Source of the DNA: Candidatus Aenigmatarchaeota archaeon
GTDB taxonomy: Archaea; Aenigmatarchaeota; Aenigmatarchaeia; GW2011-AR5; JACRMX01
Reading direction: 5' to 3'
Length of the DNA: 64,000 nucleotides
NCBI GenBank assembly: GCA_018304635.1
Contig: JAGVVW010000001.1
Location: forward strand, 43,693 to 107,692
Below, in pieces: positions 1 to 10,330 of this stretch. The notes below the pieces were generated by a model that saw nothing but the letters and a program-made list of their open reading frames with translations, was not told the DNA's origin and ran no database searches. The position numbers and the translations under genes are program-made. How positions within the stretch are numbered: the first letter of the stretch is position 1; the number at the start of each line of letters is the position of its first letter.

Positions 1-355
1 CATGTGTTACGAGTTTTTCTATTCCCGAATTCTTCATTGTAACTAATATTGTAGCATCTCTTCCTCCAATGCCTGTGTGATTGTACTCTGAAAGCATTTT
101 TACCGAATCTAAAAGCAGATGATAATCAAAATCTTTTATTATAAAAGAAAAATCTAACATATCTTCTGTTTTTTGTTTTCCTTTGATGGAACCTAAATTT
201 TTTATTAAAAAATGTGAAATTTCAATAATGACTAAAGTGTTCATAACGATTTCTTCTTTTCCCAAAACTTTTTCCATATACTTTACAACAGACTTGTGTT
301 CTTTTGAAGATTCGTCAAAATAGTAGCACCAGATATTACTGTCGATGAATATCAT
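1..355 (-). CDS. PIN-domain (VapC-like) protein; C-terminus cut off by the window edge
   Basis: Minus-strand reading from ATG (revcomp of 353-355) gives MIFIDSNIWCYYFDESSKEHK..., a PIN-like N-terminus (MIFIDSNIW). It abuts the TrmB gene and is not in the ORF track because it is partial. Confidence 0.45.
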   Translation of the reverse strand, partial: MIFIDSNIWCYYFDESSKEHKSVVKYMEKVLGKEEIVMNTLVIIEISHFLIKNLGSIKGKQKTEDMLDFSFIIKDFDYHLLLDSVKMLSEYNHTGIGGRDATILVTMKNSGIEKLVTH

Positions 356-356
356 T

Positions 357-1148
357 TCACATCTCCCATATTTTTTTAATTTCGAGTGGTTTTACTCTGC
401 TTTGTTTCACACAACCTTTTAACTTTGATATTCGTTCGCTAACTTTCCATAAAAGCTCAAATTGTTTTTTATAACTATTGGCAAATGCTGAGCTATCAAT
501 TATGATAAGATGATGTGGCATTTCCTGTATAAAAATAAACACTCTGGTCTGGTGTATTACAATGGTGATTTCACCAAAATACTTTGGCTCCATTTCCCGG
601 TATTCTATATTTGGGTTCCTGATTTTTTCTCCGCCTTTAGGTATAATAACCCTTTCCCTTACATTTTTCTTCTTAATTGTTGTGAAATACTGTTTAAGAT
701 AAAGCGGTTCGATTGATTTCAGAAATTTTTCGTTTGCACCTAATAAATAAACAGTGTCATTTTTTTCCATGTTAGCTGTAACATACTTGATTAGTGTCCT
801 GAATACTTTTTCTCCACGATGAAGCTCTATCCTTGTTTCATTTTTACCGGATATAAATACATTTGAAAGATACGGAAGGACTGAATCAAAGTGTTTTAGT
901 TTTGATTCAAGCATTTCCCGGAATATTTTTGGATCGAGGGCCTGATAGTGTTTCTTGTTGTTTACTATGACTTCACTAACCACTCCTTTTTCCATAAGCC
1001 TTTCTATTGCGTCGTAAATATAAGATCTGTGGAGTCCTGTCTTCTTGGAAATTTTTGCAGGAGTTAAAAGCTTATTCTTCAACAAAGCCAAATATATTTT
1101 GGTCTCATTACTCGTCAACCCCAATTCGTTTAGTTCAGCTTCATACAT
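357..1148 (-). CDS. TrmB-family transcriptional regulator
   Basis: N-terminal wHTH LGLTSNETKIYLALLKNKLLTPAKISKKTGLHRSYIYDAIERLMEKGVV is typical of TrmB; 263 aa. Confidence 0.65.
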   Translation of the reverse strand: MYEAELNELGLTSNETKIYLALLKNKLLTPAKISKKTGLHRSYIYDAIERLMEKGVVSEVIVNNKKHYQALDPKIFREMLESKLKHFDSVLPYLSNVFISGKNETRIELHRGEKVFRTLIKYVTANMEKNDTVYLLGANEKFLKSIEPLYLKQYFTTIKKKNVRERVIIPKGGEKIRNPNIEYREMEPKYFGEITIVIHQTRVFIFIQEMPHHLIIIDSSAFANSYKKQFELLWKVSERISKLKGCVKQSRVKPLEIKKIWEM

Positions 1149-1247
1149 TGTATAAATATTTCATTATAAGTATTAAAATTTTCGTAGTTTATATTACAAC
1201 AAAGTTTTATATTTTATCACTATTATTTAATAGTATTTGGTGAATGT

Positions 1248-2603
1248 ATGAACTTGAAAAATGGTGTACTCTTGGTTGATCCTTTAATGAGGAGAAAACA
1301 TCAGGGAATGCTAGATGATTTTGGCATGAAATATGATATTCCATATGGACTTCTTGCTGTGGCAAGCTATCTGCAAAAACGTGGTATACAGACCGGTATA
1401 ATATCCATGGATTTTGAAACCAGACACGGAGAAACCGATGAAAATGTTTTAAGAATGAAATTAAATGAATATTCCCCGAAACTTGTTGGAATTACTGGGT
1501 ATACTTTGCAATTCAATGATGTGATAAAGATGGCTTCTGTTGTTAAGGGACATGATCACAATATCAGAGTAGTTGCTGGCGGGCAACATGCGATGCACCT
1601 GCCGGAAAGCATGCTTGAAACAGTGTTTTTCGATGTTGCTATTGTCGGAGAAGGTGAAGAAACTCTTTTTGAATATGCAGGCAGGACTTTTTCAGGACAG
1701 ACAACAGATGATATAGCAGGAATTGTTTACTTAAATGAAAATGGCAGAATAATAGCAAATAGAAGAAGAGGGCGGCTTAATAGCGAAGAAATTGCTATTC
1801 CGGATTATTCTATTCTTCCTGAAGATCTGGTGAGAAATGCAAACATAGAAATGTTGACAACGAGGGGTTGTCCGTATGCCTGTAAATTATGTTCCAGTGA
1901 AACACAATATGGAAGAAAAGTAGTTGTCCGTTCATTAGATTCTGTAAGGGAAGAACTGTAAACAATTGCAGAAACATACGGTCATAGAGAAATTGGCATA
2001 TTGGATGAAACTCTACATGCCAGACATGATTTTAATGATTTTATGTGTGTGTTAAAATATTTTCATGAAAAGTTTGGTGTAAGATATTTAGCTCAGACTA
2101 GAGCTGATGCAATAGTCATGAATCCTGACTCATTGCATGAAATGAAAGCTGCTGGTATATATTCTTTAATCATAGGTGCTGAAAGCGCATCGGACAGTGT
2201 TCTGGCGGAAATGAACAAAATGACATTATATGAAAATGTTCCAAGAGCACTTGAGATTATTAAAGATAAAGGAATAGAAACTGTTACAACATGGCTGATT
2301 GGTCATCCTGGATCTTCGTATTCAGAAGAAATGAAAACAAAAGAAGCTTTAGAATATTTATTGGCTGCAGGCTTAACGGATCATGCTGAAGTTTATACTT
2401 TTGTTCCATACCCCGGAACCATATCTTCACTGGATACGAGACTTCATATAACTGAGACTGACTTTTCGGAATTCGGCAGAATGAACAAGCCAGTGTATGA
2501 TTTAGACGGATTTCCACGGGATGAAATTGAGTGTGCTTATCAGGAATTATTAGCTGTAATTGAAATGCACGGAAAGAGAAATGCTGAAGTTTTAATTATA
2601 TGA
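1248..2603 (+). pseudogene. B12-binding-domain radical SAM protein interrupted by an in-frame TAA (1959-1961)
   Basis: ORFs 1248-1961 and 2001-2603 are in the same frame (both mod 3 = 0). The first has a B12-binding-like N-domain and CPYACKLC (CxxxCxxC), then EEL*TIAETYGHREIGILDE... continues the radical-SAM fold across the stop. Confidence 0.55.
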
Positions 2604-2661
2604 TATCTGATTTGAATAAAAATATTTTACTTGCAGCATGTTGTCTTCCACCACAATTACG

Positions 2662-3900
2662 CTACACCTTTATCTTTTCTCCAGCTTTCGGTGCAAATGC
2701 ACTAATTCCCAGACTGCTCTCTATCTCTTTTGCAAACCCTTCACAATCATCTCCGTGGATGCATGCAACTTTTTGTGGATTTGTTTTTTTTATTATTTCC
2801 AGAAGCCCTGAATGTCCTGCATGGGAGCTTAAATCAAAACGACGGACTTCGCACTTTACATTATATGACTCTTGTTCACCTTTAAAACGACCTGTGTCTA
2901 AAAGCTCTTTTCCCGGGCTGTCATCAATGAGATAACCAGTGAATAAAACTTTTGATTCCGGATCACTTCGTATTTTTTTCAAGAAGTATAAAGCAGGTCC
3001 GCCGAAAAGCATGCCTGCTGTAGATATTATTATTGGATAATTCTTTAGTGCAAACTCTCTGTCTTTGCTGTCATGAATTGTAAATATCCTATTCAATATT
3101 TTTCTTAGCCTTACATGGTCCTTTATTGAACTACTGTGCTCGAATATTATTTCTGTTGCTTTGCGTGCCATGCCATCAATTGCTATTTTGCTTGTGAATT
3201 TTTCAAGAATAAACAGAACTTCTTGTGAACGCCCGATTGCAAAAACCGGAAGAAGTGCTGTGCTATTTTTGTTCACAACTTCTTCAACCAAGGCTATAAG
3301 GTTTTTTTCTTCCTGTAATCTTAGCGGATGTTCTCGCTTGCTGTAGGTTGATTCCATAATCAAAATATCTATATCTTTTGGCAAATGGCAGGAATTCACT
3401 AGGTGGGTCGGTTTATTGTTAATATCACCCGTGTAAAATATTTTCTTTTTATCTGCGTTGACTAATATACCAGCTGACCCCGGTATATGACCTGCATCAT
3501 ATAAAATGCACTTATATTCACCAAGACGAAATTCATTATAATATTCTTCTGCATACATATTATCATACAAAGCCCTGACATGCTTTTGTTTAAATGGCAC
3601 AGGATAATTTTCCTTATCTGCTATTTTCATGGAATCTTCCAATAGGAGTTTTACAAGATCTGTTGAAACTGAAGTCATGTAACATTTTGGTGTTGCTGAA
3701 ACATATAATCTCGGAAGACCACCACAGTGATCCAAATGTGCGTGGGATAAAATCATATTATCTGTTTTAACTAATGGAGGATAGACAGGCGGAGCTGGGT
3801 TTATCCTAACACCATAATCAAGCATTAAAGTTGTTTTGGATGAAAGCAGAACAGAATTTCCACCCACAACATTACATCCGCCAATAAATTCTATTTTCAT
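2662..3900 (-). CDS. Metallo-beta-lactamase / beta-CASP family ribonuclease (aCPSF2 / RNase J-like)
   Basis: HAHLDHCGG motif (HxHxDH) and MBL N-terminus MKIEFIGGCNVVGGNSVLL. 412 aa fits archaeal beta-CASP RNases. Confidence 0.6.
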   Translation of the reverse strand: MKIEFIGGCNVVGGNSVLLSSKTTLMLDYGVRINPAPPVYPPLVKTDNMILSHAHLDHCGGLPRLYVSATPKCYMTSVSTDLVKLLLEDSMKIADKENYPVPFKQKHVRALYDNMYAEEYYNEFRLGEYKCILYDAGHIPGSAGILVNADKKKIFYTGDINNKPTHLVNSCHLPKDIDILIMESTYSKREHPLRLQEEKNLIALVEEVVNKNSTALLPVFAIGRSQEVLFILEKFTSKIAIDGMARKATEIIFEHSSSIKDHVRLRKILNRIFTIHDSKDREFALKNYPIIISTAGMLFGGPALYFLKKIRSDPESKVLFTGYLIDDSPGKELLDTGRFKGEQESYNVKCEVRRFDLSSHAGHSGLLEIIKKTNPQKVACIHGDDCEGFAKEIESSLGISAFAPKAGEKIKV

Positions 3901-3902
3901 CT

Positions 3903-3994
3903 GGGAGACACCTCTCTAACCTTTCTTTCTAGGAGAAACCAAGGTTTCTCCAAACCGAAAGACGCATTTTGATAAGTCAAAAACAAAATGCGTC
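3903..3994 (-). repeat. R2 leader element copy A (11-bp-arm palindrome gacgcattttg..caaaatgcgtc plus aggagaaacc..ggtttctcct hairpin) immediately 5' of the beta-CASP RNase start
   Basis: Reverse complement of 17572-17653, differing by 2-3 nt. Sense-oriented relative to the minus-strand gene whose ATG is at 3900. Confidence 0.75.
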
Positions 3995-4043
3995 TTCCAT
4001 TTTTGAATAATATTTTGATTATAGACACCTACTGTTTATTTCG

Positions 4044-5114
4044 TCACTCCACAACTACCGGCGCCCGGCCGTGTGTGGTTCTTAGATAATTATAAACATA
4101 GTCAACTTTGAGCTTCAGATTGTCAATTTGCTGCTGCAATGGCTTCAGGTCAACCGATTGTAACGATACAAGTTTATCTATCAGTGCTGATTCTGACATA
4201 AGCTGCGGGAGTTTTTTGTCAAGTGTTTCTGCAAATCTTTCCAGATTCTCGGTTAAAAATTTCTGAGCTTTCATCTCCATATCTTTTTCTATCTTATCTG
4301 ACCTGGCTTCGAAATCTCTTGTATCCAGCATGTTATATTTCATCTTTTCGTATAAATTGTTCAATCTAGAATGCAACATTTTTGATTCTTCTATCTCTTT
4401 TCTCATTTCGGATTCAATTATCTTCAGCTTATCAGTTCCGGATATATACTGCTCTTCGTGTTGCGGGAATTTTTTGTTTATGATTTCAACACTTGATAAA
4501 AGACTTGATGTCCTATCGATGTTTTCGTTTAATTTCCTCATATATTCATCCATTTGCTTTCTTTTGTCCAGAAGTTCATCTATTTGTTCATGAAGTTTTG
4601 AGACATCGTCCAGCTTGCTTGATACATTCAATCTGCTATTTACATCTATAGTGTGCCTTATGTTCTGTATCACCGACTCCATAGTATTTACCCTGCGCTC
4701 TTGAATATTCAATAGTTCTCTTAATTCAGCTGATGGTGTAACGTTTGATGATGCTAATTTTCTTTCAAACTCATCAATTTTTTGCATAACTATTGGTGGT
4801 AGCTTTTGATCCTGTAAAACAACATGGCTTCCGTAACCAGATTGTTTTTCCAGTGATTCCAAGCGAGAAACAATGTTTTCCGATGAAGCTCCTGAACCCG
4901 GTGCTATTTGTTCTTTCAATTTAATATTTTCCAGTTCAAGATACATTTGCAGATCTTCTAATTGCTCAATTCGTTCTTTTAAGTCACTAATTGGTGATTC
5001 CGTTTGAGGCTGTTCTGATTGTAAGAGTTTTTTTTCTATTTCGAAAAAATTTATCTTTATTTTATTTTCTAATCGTGTCAGCCTATCATCAACTTCTTTG
5101 AGATCTGTTATCAT
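4044..5114 (-). CDS. Coiled-coil protein of unknown function
   Basis: 356 aa, E/K/L/Q-rich with heptad character throughout; no enzymatic motif. Confidence 0.45.
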   Translation of the reverse strand: MITDLKEVDDRLTRLENKIKINFFEIEKKLLQSEQPQTESPISDLKERIEQLEDLQMYLELENIKLKEQIAPGSGASSENIVSRLESLEKQSGYGSHVVLQDQKLPPIVMQKIDEFERKLASSNVTPSAELRELLNIQERRVNTMESVIQNIRHTIDVNSRLNVSSKLDDVSKLHEQIDELLDKRKQMDEYMRKLNENIDRTSSLLSSVEIINKKFPQHEEQYISGTDKLKIIESEMRKEIEESKMLHSRLNNLYEKMKYNMLDTRDFEARSDKIEKDMEMKAQKFLTENLERFAETLDKKLPQLMSESALIDKLVSLQSVDLKPLQQQIDNLKLKVDYVYNYLRTTHGRAPVVVE

Positions 5115-5184
5115 ATTGAATAATTCGAGCGTATATATATAAAAGTAAAGAGTAAATTACTTTCGATGTTTCCTAATTTCTTCT

Positions 5185-5562
5185 TTATTTTATCATTACT
5201 CTGGACCCATATCGCCAGATTGTAACTTCCTGCCCTTCATGTAATTCTATGTCTTCAGGCTTCTCCGTTTCGAAGTTACTGTAATCTTCGAGATCCATTA
5301 ACTGGATAACATTTCCTATAATCGCTAAAACTTGTACTGATCTTTTTTCTATAATAGGAACATCAACTCTTGTATCACCCGGCTTGACTAAATTTTTCTT
5401 TGTCCCAGAGAAAACTCCAGTAGCAGTTATTCGGGCCTTGGCACCACCGTGTTTTCCCGGCTTACTTATCTGTATCTTATCTACCCTACATGGATCATCA
5501 TCCAAAAGAACAAAAGATCCCGACTTTAGGTTTTTAATTTCAGTTTGTTTTTTTTCTTCCAT
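5185..5562 (-). CDS. eif5a: Translation initiation factor 5A (aIF-5A)
   Basis: SKPGKHGGAKARI matches the hypusine loop (GKHGxAK); 125 aa. Confidence 0.85.
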   Translation of the reverse strand: MEEKKQTEIKNLKSGSFVLLDDDPCRVDKIQISKPGKHGGAKARITATGVFSGTKKNLVKPGDTRVDVPIIEKRSVQVLAIIGNVIQLMDLEDYSNFETEKPEDIELHEGQEVTIWRYGSRVMIK

Positions 5563-5610
5563 GTATCTAACCTTCTACCTTTTCTTTTTTTAAAAAAGAA
5601 AGACTTGATG

Positions 5611-5690
5611 TGAAACCGAAAGATGCAGCGAAGCTGTATCATGCGTTCAGCACATCTCGTGTTTTTTGAAAGCTTTGCTTTCAAAAAAAA
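5611..5690 (-). repeat. R3 leader element copy A (gaaagc..gctttc hairpin plus gatgcagc-ttcg-gctgcatc hairpin) 50-130 nt 5' of aIF5A
   Basis: Reverse complement matches 18943-19015 with 1-2 mismatches over about 55 nt. Confidence 0.75.
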
Positions 5691-5752
5691 GCTAAGTTAC
5701 CAAAATATTTAGCTGTCTCATTTCTTGTTGCTATATATATACAAGGTGCATT

Positions 5753-5965
5753 TTAAATGTTTCTTTTTTGTTTTCCAAAGATAAATTCAACGTCTTTTTT
5801 CATAACAGTTCTTCGTTCCACGTGCTTTGAGATATTTACTATTTCAACTGCTTTGTTGTTGGCATATTCTGTAACATGTTCAACCAGTTCGTCGAGTGCA
5901 TCACTGGATATCCTCTTAATTCCGTTTTTTTTTGCAATACGTACAAAAGGCAGTCTTGGCATCAT
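5753..5965 (-). CDS. Archaeal histone (HMf family, histone fold)
   Basis: LPFVRIAKKNGIKRISSDALDELVEHVTEYANNKAVEIVNISKHVERRTVMKKDVEFIF aligns to the archaeal histone consensus (LPxAPIxRI..A..RVS.DA...L.E......A..A...AKHAGRKTV..EDIELA); 70 aa. Confidence 0.75.
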   Translation of the reverse strand: MMPRLPFVRIAKKNGIKRISSDALDELVEHVTEYANNKAVEIVNISKHVERRTVMKKDVEFIFGKQKRNI

Positions 5966-6465
5966 AAATATAAATTATTTTTATTACGTATTTAAACTAT
6001 ATGTGATAATTACAGAGAGTATGAAAAAATATTATTATTCTTAAAATGTTATACGGTGGGTCTCTGGTGGGAAATAGTATAGAATCTTAACTATTGTTTA
6101 CAGAATAGAAAAGAATATATAAAAGAGAATCAAATAACTTATTAACGCAATAAGGCCGAGGTAGATATATATGAAGCACATCAGCTTTTCTGTATTCCAG
6201 TGTAACTGGATCAAATGTATATCATATCTACACCAAAATTTCCGCGTCTCAAAAAATATTATCAGAGACACAGAAAATTTTGGGATGATTCTGTTTATCG
6301 TGCCTTGAATTAACAGATGACCAAAATTGGATTCTTCGGAAATCTTTATAAAGCTTTCTTTTCGGAAATTATTGGAAGATTTTGTTAAGAATTGTGGGAA
6401 TGAGTGAATTAATAATAAAGAAAAAAATGTGAAATAGTGGAACTTTTGTGTGAGGTGGAAAATGT

Positions 6466-6606
6466 ATGAATTTGCCTAAATGCTGCGGGTCAAGAATGAC
6501 AGTATCATTGGAAACATGGCATTATTACGAAGTTGAGTGTACAAAATGCGGCGATAAGGTAATAATAAAGAAAGATGATGTAGAAAAGCCTCAGATGATA
6601 GATGAC
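6466..6606 (+). CDS. Small zinc-ribbon protein (46 aa), not in the ORF track
   Basis: MNLPKCCGSRMTVSLETWHYYEVECTKCGDKVIIKKDDVEKPQMIDD has two Cys pairs (CCGS...CTKCG). It is preceded by GAGGTGG, an SD-like box. Confidence 0.35.
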
Positions 6607-6817
6607 TGAGAGGATGGGTGTTCTTATCCGTGTGTGAGGCTCTGTTGTTGTGATTATTTAAATGAGATTCGATGAAATGGATGAAGTTTGGATCATGAAA
6701 AACGAGTGTGTAGCAATTTTTTGGGGAGCGTAAAGGGTGCGTATAAAGTGGGGTGCGGAGTGCGTAAAGTATTTTGCTGAAACTCCACACAGAACAAATG
6801 CGATTATTACCATCATA

Positions 6818-7792
6818 TCAGAAATTTGTTAAATTTGTAAATCCTTTTTCTGTTATTAAAATCATGTGCTCTTTTCGGATGCCGAACTTTTTTGTGTATA
6901 TTCCCGGTTCAATTGTTAAAACGTAACTGGATTTTACAGGGTTTTTGTTTGACGGGCCTAAATTCGGGTATTCATGAACTTCAAGTCCTATGCCGTGGCC
7001 AAGAGATGTGATAAAATTTTTACTGTGTGTTCCAAGGCTCTTTACAGCTGTAGCGTAAAGCTCATTGCATTTTATATTGCCTTTTAATCTTTCGAAAACC
7101 GCTTCAATTGTTTTGTCGATAAGCTTTTCATGTGTGCTATTATATGTCCTTGTACAGTCAGAACAATAGTGCTTATATTTAATTCCAGCATCTACAAGAA
7201 CAGTGCCTTTCAGTCTTTTCTCGGTTGGCACATGATGAGGAATGCCGCAATTTTTTCCTGCTGCTATGATCGGACTGAAACTTGGGTCACAGTGATGGTT
7301 TGCTATCCAACATTTTATTATTTCTGACATTCCTGTTTCAGTTATGCTTGGCGATATATTGGATTCTATATAAGAAAACAACTTTTTAACCAAACCGCAA
7401 GATTTTTTTATCTGATGGATCTCATATTCGGATTTATGTGCTCTTATTATGTCCACATCACTAGTTATATCTTTCTGATTCGCTTTCAGTATTTTCAAAG
7501 CGTATGCTGTGGTGTAACGCTTACATATTCCTATCTTTTTCGGTATGTGCTTATTGATATGCTTAAGACTGTTTAGAATAACTGTTTCCAGCCCTGTTTT
7601 TGATGCTTTGTCCTCTTCTATGGAGAATGTCAGGATTTTCGGTTTTTTGAAATCATACAATACAATTCCCTGAACATCAGATTTTGTAATGTAATAAAAT
7701 AGAGGGTCTTTGCAGTGTGTTGTATTAAATGCTATAACTGCATCTAGACCCCTTTCTTTCAATGAATCCAGTTTATTGTAGTTTTTATTCAT
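6818..7792 (-). CDS. M24-family metallopeptidase (Xaa-Pro aminopeptidase / creatinase-like)
   Basis: Pita-bread-fold metal-ligand motifs HHCDPSF, VLVDAGIKYKHYCSDCTRTY, GHGIGLEVHEYP and LTIEPGIY. Confidence 0.7.
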   Translation of the reverse strand: MNKNYNKLDSLKERGLDAVIAFNTTHCKDPLFYYITKSDVQGIVLYDFKKPKILTFSIEEDKASKTGLETVILNSLKHINKHIPKKIGICKRYTTAYALKILKANQKDITSDVDIIRAHKSEYEIHQIKKSCGLVKKLFSYIESNISPSITETGMSEIIKCWIANHHCDPSFSPIIAAGKNCGIPHHVPTEKRLKGTVLVDAGIKYKHYCSDCTRTYNSTHEKLIDKTIEAVFERLKGNIKCNELYATAVKSLGTHSKNFITSLGHGIGLEVHEYPNLGPSNKNPVKSSYVLTIEPGIYTKKFGIRKEHMILITEKGFTNLTNF

Positions 7793-8969
7793 TCAATTCC
7801 TTTCCTGAATATATTCTGAGCCTGCCTGGGTGCTTTATTTTTTCCTTGTAATCAGCGCCTATAACAAAAGTTGCTTTTTTTTGCAACATCAGGTCGATGA
7901 GATCCTGGTTTATTTTACCATCAAAAACAATACCATGGATTGTTTTTATACTGGATGAATAATTTCCTAGTTCACTCAACGGCAATTTTTTTATAACCCG
8001 CTCGTTTTCATCCAAAATCAGTACAGCACGTGTTCCCAATATTTCCAATAACAATGACTTTAAGCGAATCTTGTCTATTTTTTCTATACTTGTTTTTTTA
8101 TAACTGGTTTTTTTATATCCCGATGTTTCATTTGTATTTAATTTAGAAACATGAACTTTATCTCGAAGGGCCTTATATATTTGCTTTTTTGCCAGCTCTT
8201 CTACTTCCATGCCTTCATCAGCTCTTGCAACAAAATCTACATCAGCTACTGACATTAATTTCTTAAGATCAAGGTCTCCTCCACGGTCACCATCCAAAAA
8301 TGCTGTTACTGTTTTTTCCCGTGTAAGTTCTATGACACTTTTGGGTATTTTGCTTCCTTCAATTGCTATACAATTTTTTATTCCGTTTCTCAGCAAATTT
8401 ATAACATCTGCTCGGCCTTCAACAACTATTATTTCTTCATTTGTTTCTACTTCAGGACCACATGAAAGACCCTTGAAAGAACAGACATCAGAAGTTCTGA
8501 CTGATTCTTTTATCATTTCACTTATTTTATTCGAATCCGGGCTGTCATCCATTGAGTTTTTCAATATTTCCTGCGCTCTTTTCATTACATATTCTCTTTT
8601 TTGAAATCTGATATCATCTACTTTTTCCACCTTTATTTCAGCTTCACACGGACCAACTTTGTCAATTGTTTCGAGAGAAGCTGCAATTAATGCTGTTTCA
8701 CTCGAGTCCAGAGAAGAAGGTATTGTTATGTGAGCTGTTGACATACCCTCATCTGTTTTTATATTAACTTCTATACGACCAATTCTTCCTGTTTTTTGAA
8801 GCTCTCTTAAATCCAAATCAGAACCCAAAAGACCCTCTGTTTGTCCAAATATAGCACCTATAACATCAGGCTTTTCAACAATACCAGTAGCCTTTAGAGT
8901 TGCGTATATCATGTACTTGGCAAAATTTTGAGCGAGTTTAGCCATATATAAACCTCCTCGTTGAATCAT
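7785..8969 (-). CDS. dnaG: Archaeal DnaG primase (TOPRIM)
   Basis: N-terminus KYMIYATLKATGIVEKPDVIGAIFGQTEGLLG is the archaeal DnaG signature. Toprim region IIVVEGRADVINLLRNGIKNCIAIEGSKIP and DGDRGGDLD are present. The real start may be M9 (MAKLAQ). Confidence 0.8.
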   Translation of the reverse strand: MIQRGGLYMAKLAQNFAKYMIYATLKATGIVEKPDVIGAIFGQTEGLLGSDLDLRELQKTGRIGRIEVNIKTDEGMSTAHITIPSSLDSSETALIAASLETIDKVGPCEAEIKVEKVDDIRFQKREYVMKRAQEILKNSMDDSPDSNKISEMIKESVRTSDVCSFKGLSCGPEVETNEEIIVVEGRADVINLLRNGIKNCIAIEGSKIPKSVIELTREKTVTAFLDGDRGGDLDLKKLMSVADVDFVARADEGMEVEELAKKQIYKALRDKVHVSKLNTNETSGYKKTSYKKTSIEKIDKIRLKSLLLEILGTRAVLILDENERVIKKLPLSELGNYSSSIKTIHGIVFDGKINQDLIDLMLQKKATFVIGADYKEKIKHPGRLRIYSGKELNE

Positions 8970-9298
8970 TCATAAGGCTCAGAAAGTACTGTTTATTTCA
9001 TATATTTTTTCTTATATACCATTCGATTTCACCAATAAAATTATGAATTCTGATTCTTGAAACGACTTCATTTGAAGTCTATGAATGATTTCATGAATAT
9101 AGGAACCAAAACTACGAAATCCTATATTTATAATTATAACAGTAAAGGTTATAAGCTTTTTCTGTTTAAATAATAATTTTCCCTGCCAGTAACACTGACT
9201 TCATTTTGTCGCTTTGTGGCGAAACGCTTTAACTTTCAGCGCATCCGACAGCTGAGGGCTGGCAGGTAATTTGTCTATAAATTTCAAATCTTATAAAG

Positions 9299-9745
9299 TC
9301 ATTTATACTTCTTTTCCAGTTTCTTTATATCAGCATCGATTCTCTTTCTCAAGTCCCTGACATGTACGCGTGATATTTTTCGCAGTTCTGGTTTTAGTTT
9401 TTTCTGATAAAATTCCTCAAATGTTTCGGATACTATACCTGATTTTGTCTGGAATTTGGAAATGATGTCAATGAAATAGTCTATCAAAATCTCACCCGTA
9501 TTACCAACCATATCGCCGGTCATTGAAAATTTTACAAAAACATCTGTGCGGGGATCAAGCTTGTTCTTTATGTATCCGGCAACATCTATTTTACTTCTTG
9601 GGCCTCCTGTCTGAATGCTGTTTTTCTTCTCAATTACATCACCGTATTTTTCCATGGCACTCAGCATGTCCAGACAAAAAAGATAGGGATCTTTGACTTT
9701 GACGGTAATTGTTTTTTCAGCCATTCGCTCTTCAACTTTTCTCAT
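9299..9745 (-). CDS. Hypothetical protein
   Basis: 148 aa, charged; no motif recognised. Confidence 0.4.
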   Translation of the reverse strand: MRKVEERMAEKTITVKVKDPYLFCLDMLSAMEKYGDVIEKKNSIQTGGPRSKIDVAGYIKNKLDPRTDVFVKFSMTGDMVGNTGEILIDYFIDIISKFQTKSGIVSETFEEFYQKKLKPELRKISRVHVRDLRKRIDADIKKLEKKYK

Positions 9746-9778
9746 GAGTATTAATTAACACAACTGCTAATAAAACTT

Positions 9779-10150
9779 ATGGTTAAAACTTATCGAAAAG
9801 GATACATGGCTGAACGCGAGCTTGTTCATAAATTGTATGGATTTGGTTATGCTGTTATGCGTGCTCCTAGATCCGGACGGATAAACTTGCCGATGCCTGA
9901 TATTATTGCAATAAAAAACAGTAAGATTCTTATAATCGAGTGTAAATGCAGGGGAGATGCTTTCAGTATTCCAAAAGAACAGATAGCTGAACTGGATGAA
10001 TGGATTAAAAGAACATCAGGTACAGGTTATATAGCATGGAAGATTACCAGGCGCGGGTGGTTTTTTATTGGCCTTGAAAAAGTCAAAGAAAACAGGGGTA
10101 ATGTAAATAAAGGGATGCTGAAAACTGCTATTGGCATAGAACTTCTATGA
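9779..10150 (+). CDS. hjc: Holliday junction resolvase Hjc
   Basis: KGYMAERELVHKLYGFGYAVMRAPRSG...PDIIAIKNSKILIIECK matches the Hjc nuclease core (ERE..., PD...E.K); 123 aa. Confidence 0.8.
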   Translation: MVKTYRKGYMAERELVHKLYGFGYAVMRAPRSGRINLPMPDIIAIKNSKILIIECKCRGDAFSIPKEQIAELDEWIKRTSGTGYIAWKITRRGWFFIGLEKVKENRGNVNKGMLKTAIGIELL

Positions 10151-10330
10151 TTTCATGTGTTTATAATGTATTCTTTGTAATCCCAGAGTTCTGTATTCAT
10201 GGTATCTGTCGTAATTGTTAACTGCTTCTCCGAGTCGTTCCATGTGATCTAATAATTGTATGCATGTATCAATTTTCGTATAAACATTTGCATCAACTTG
10301 TTGTGAATCGATACGATACTTTACTTCTGT

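Noticed and set aside
2600-2935. 111-aa plus-strand ORF
   Set aside because: It is entirely antisense to the well-supported beta-CASP RNase gene.
6476-6790. 104-aa minus-strand ORF from the track
   Set aside because: Low-complexity His/Leu-rich translation, no start context, and it overlaps a better plus-strand zinc-ribbon ORF.
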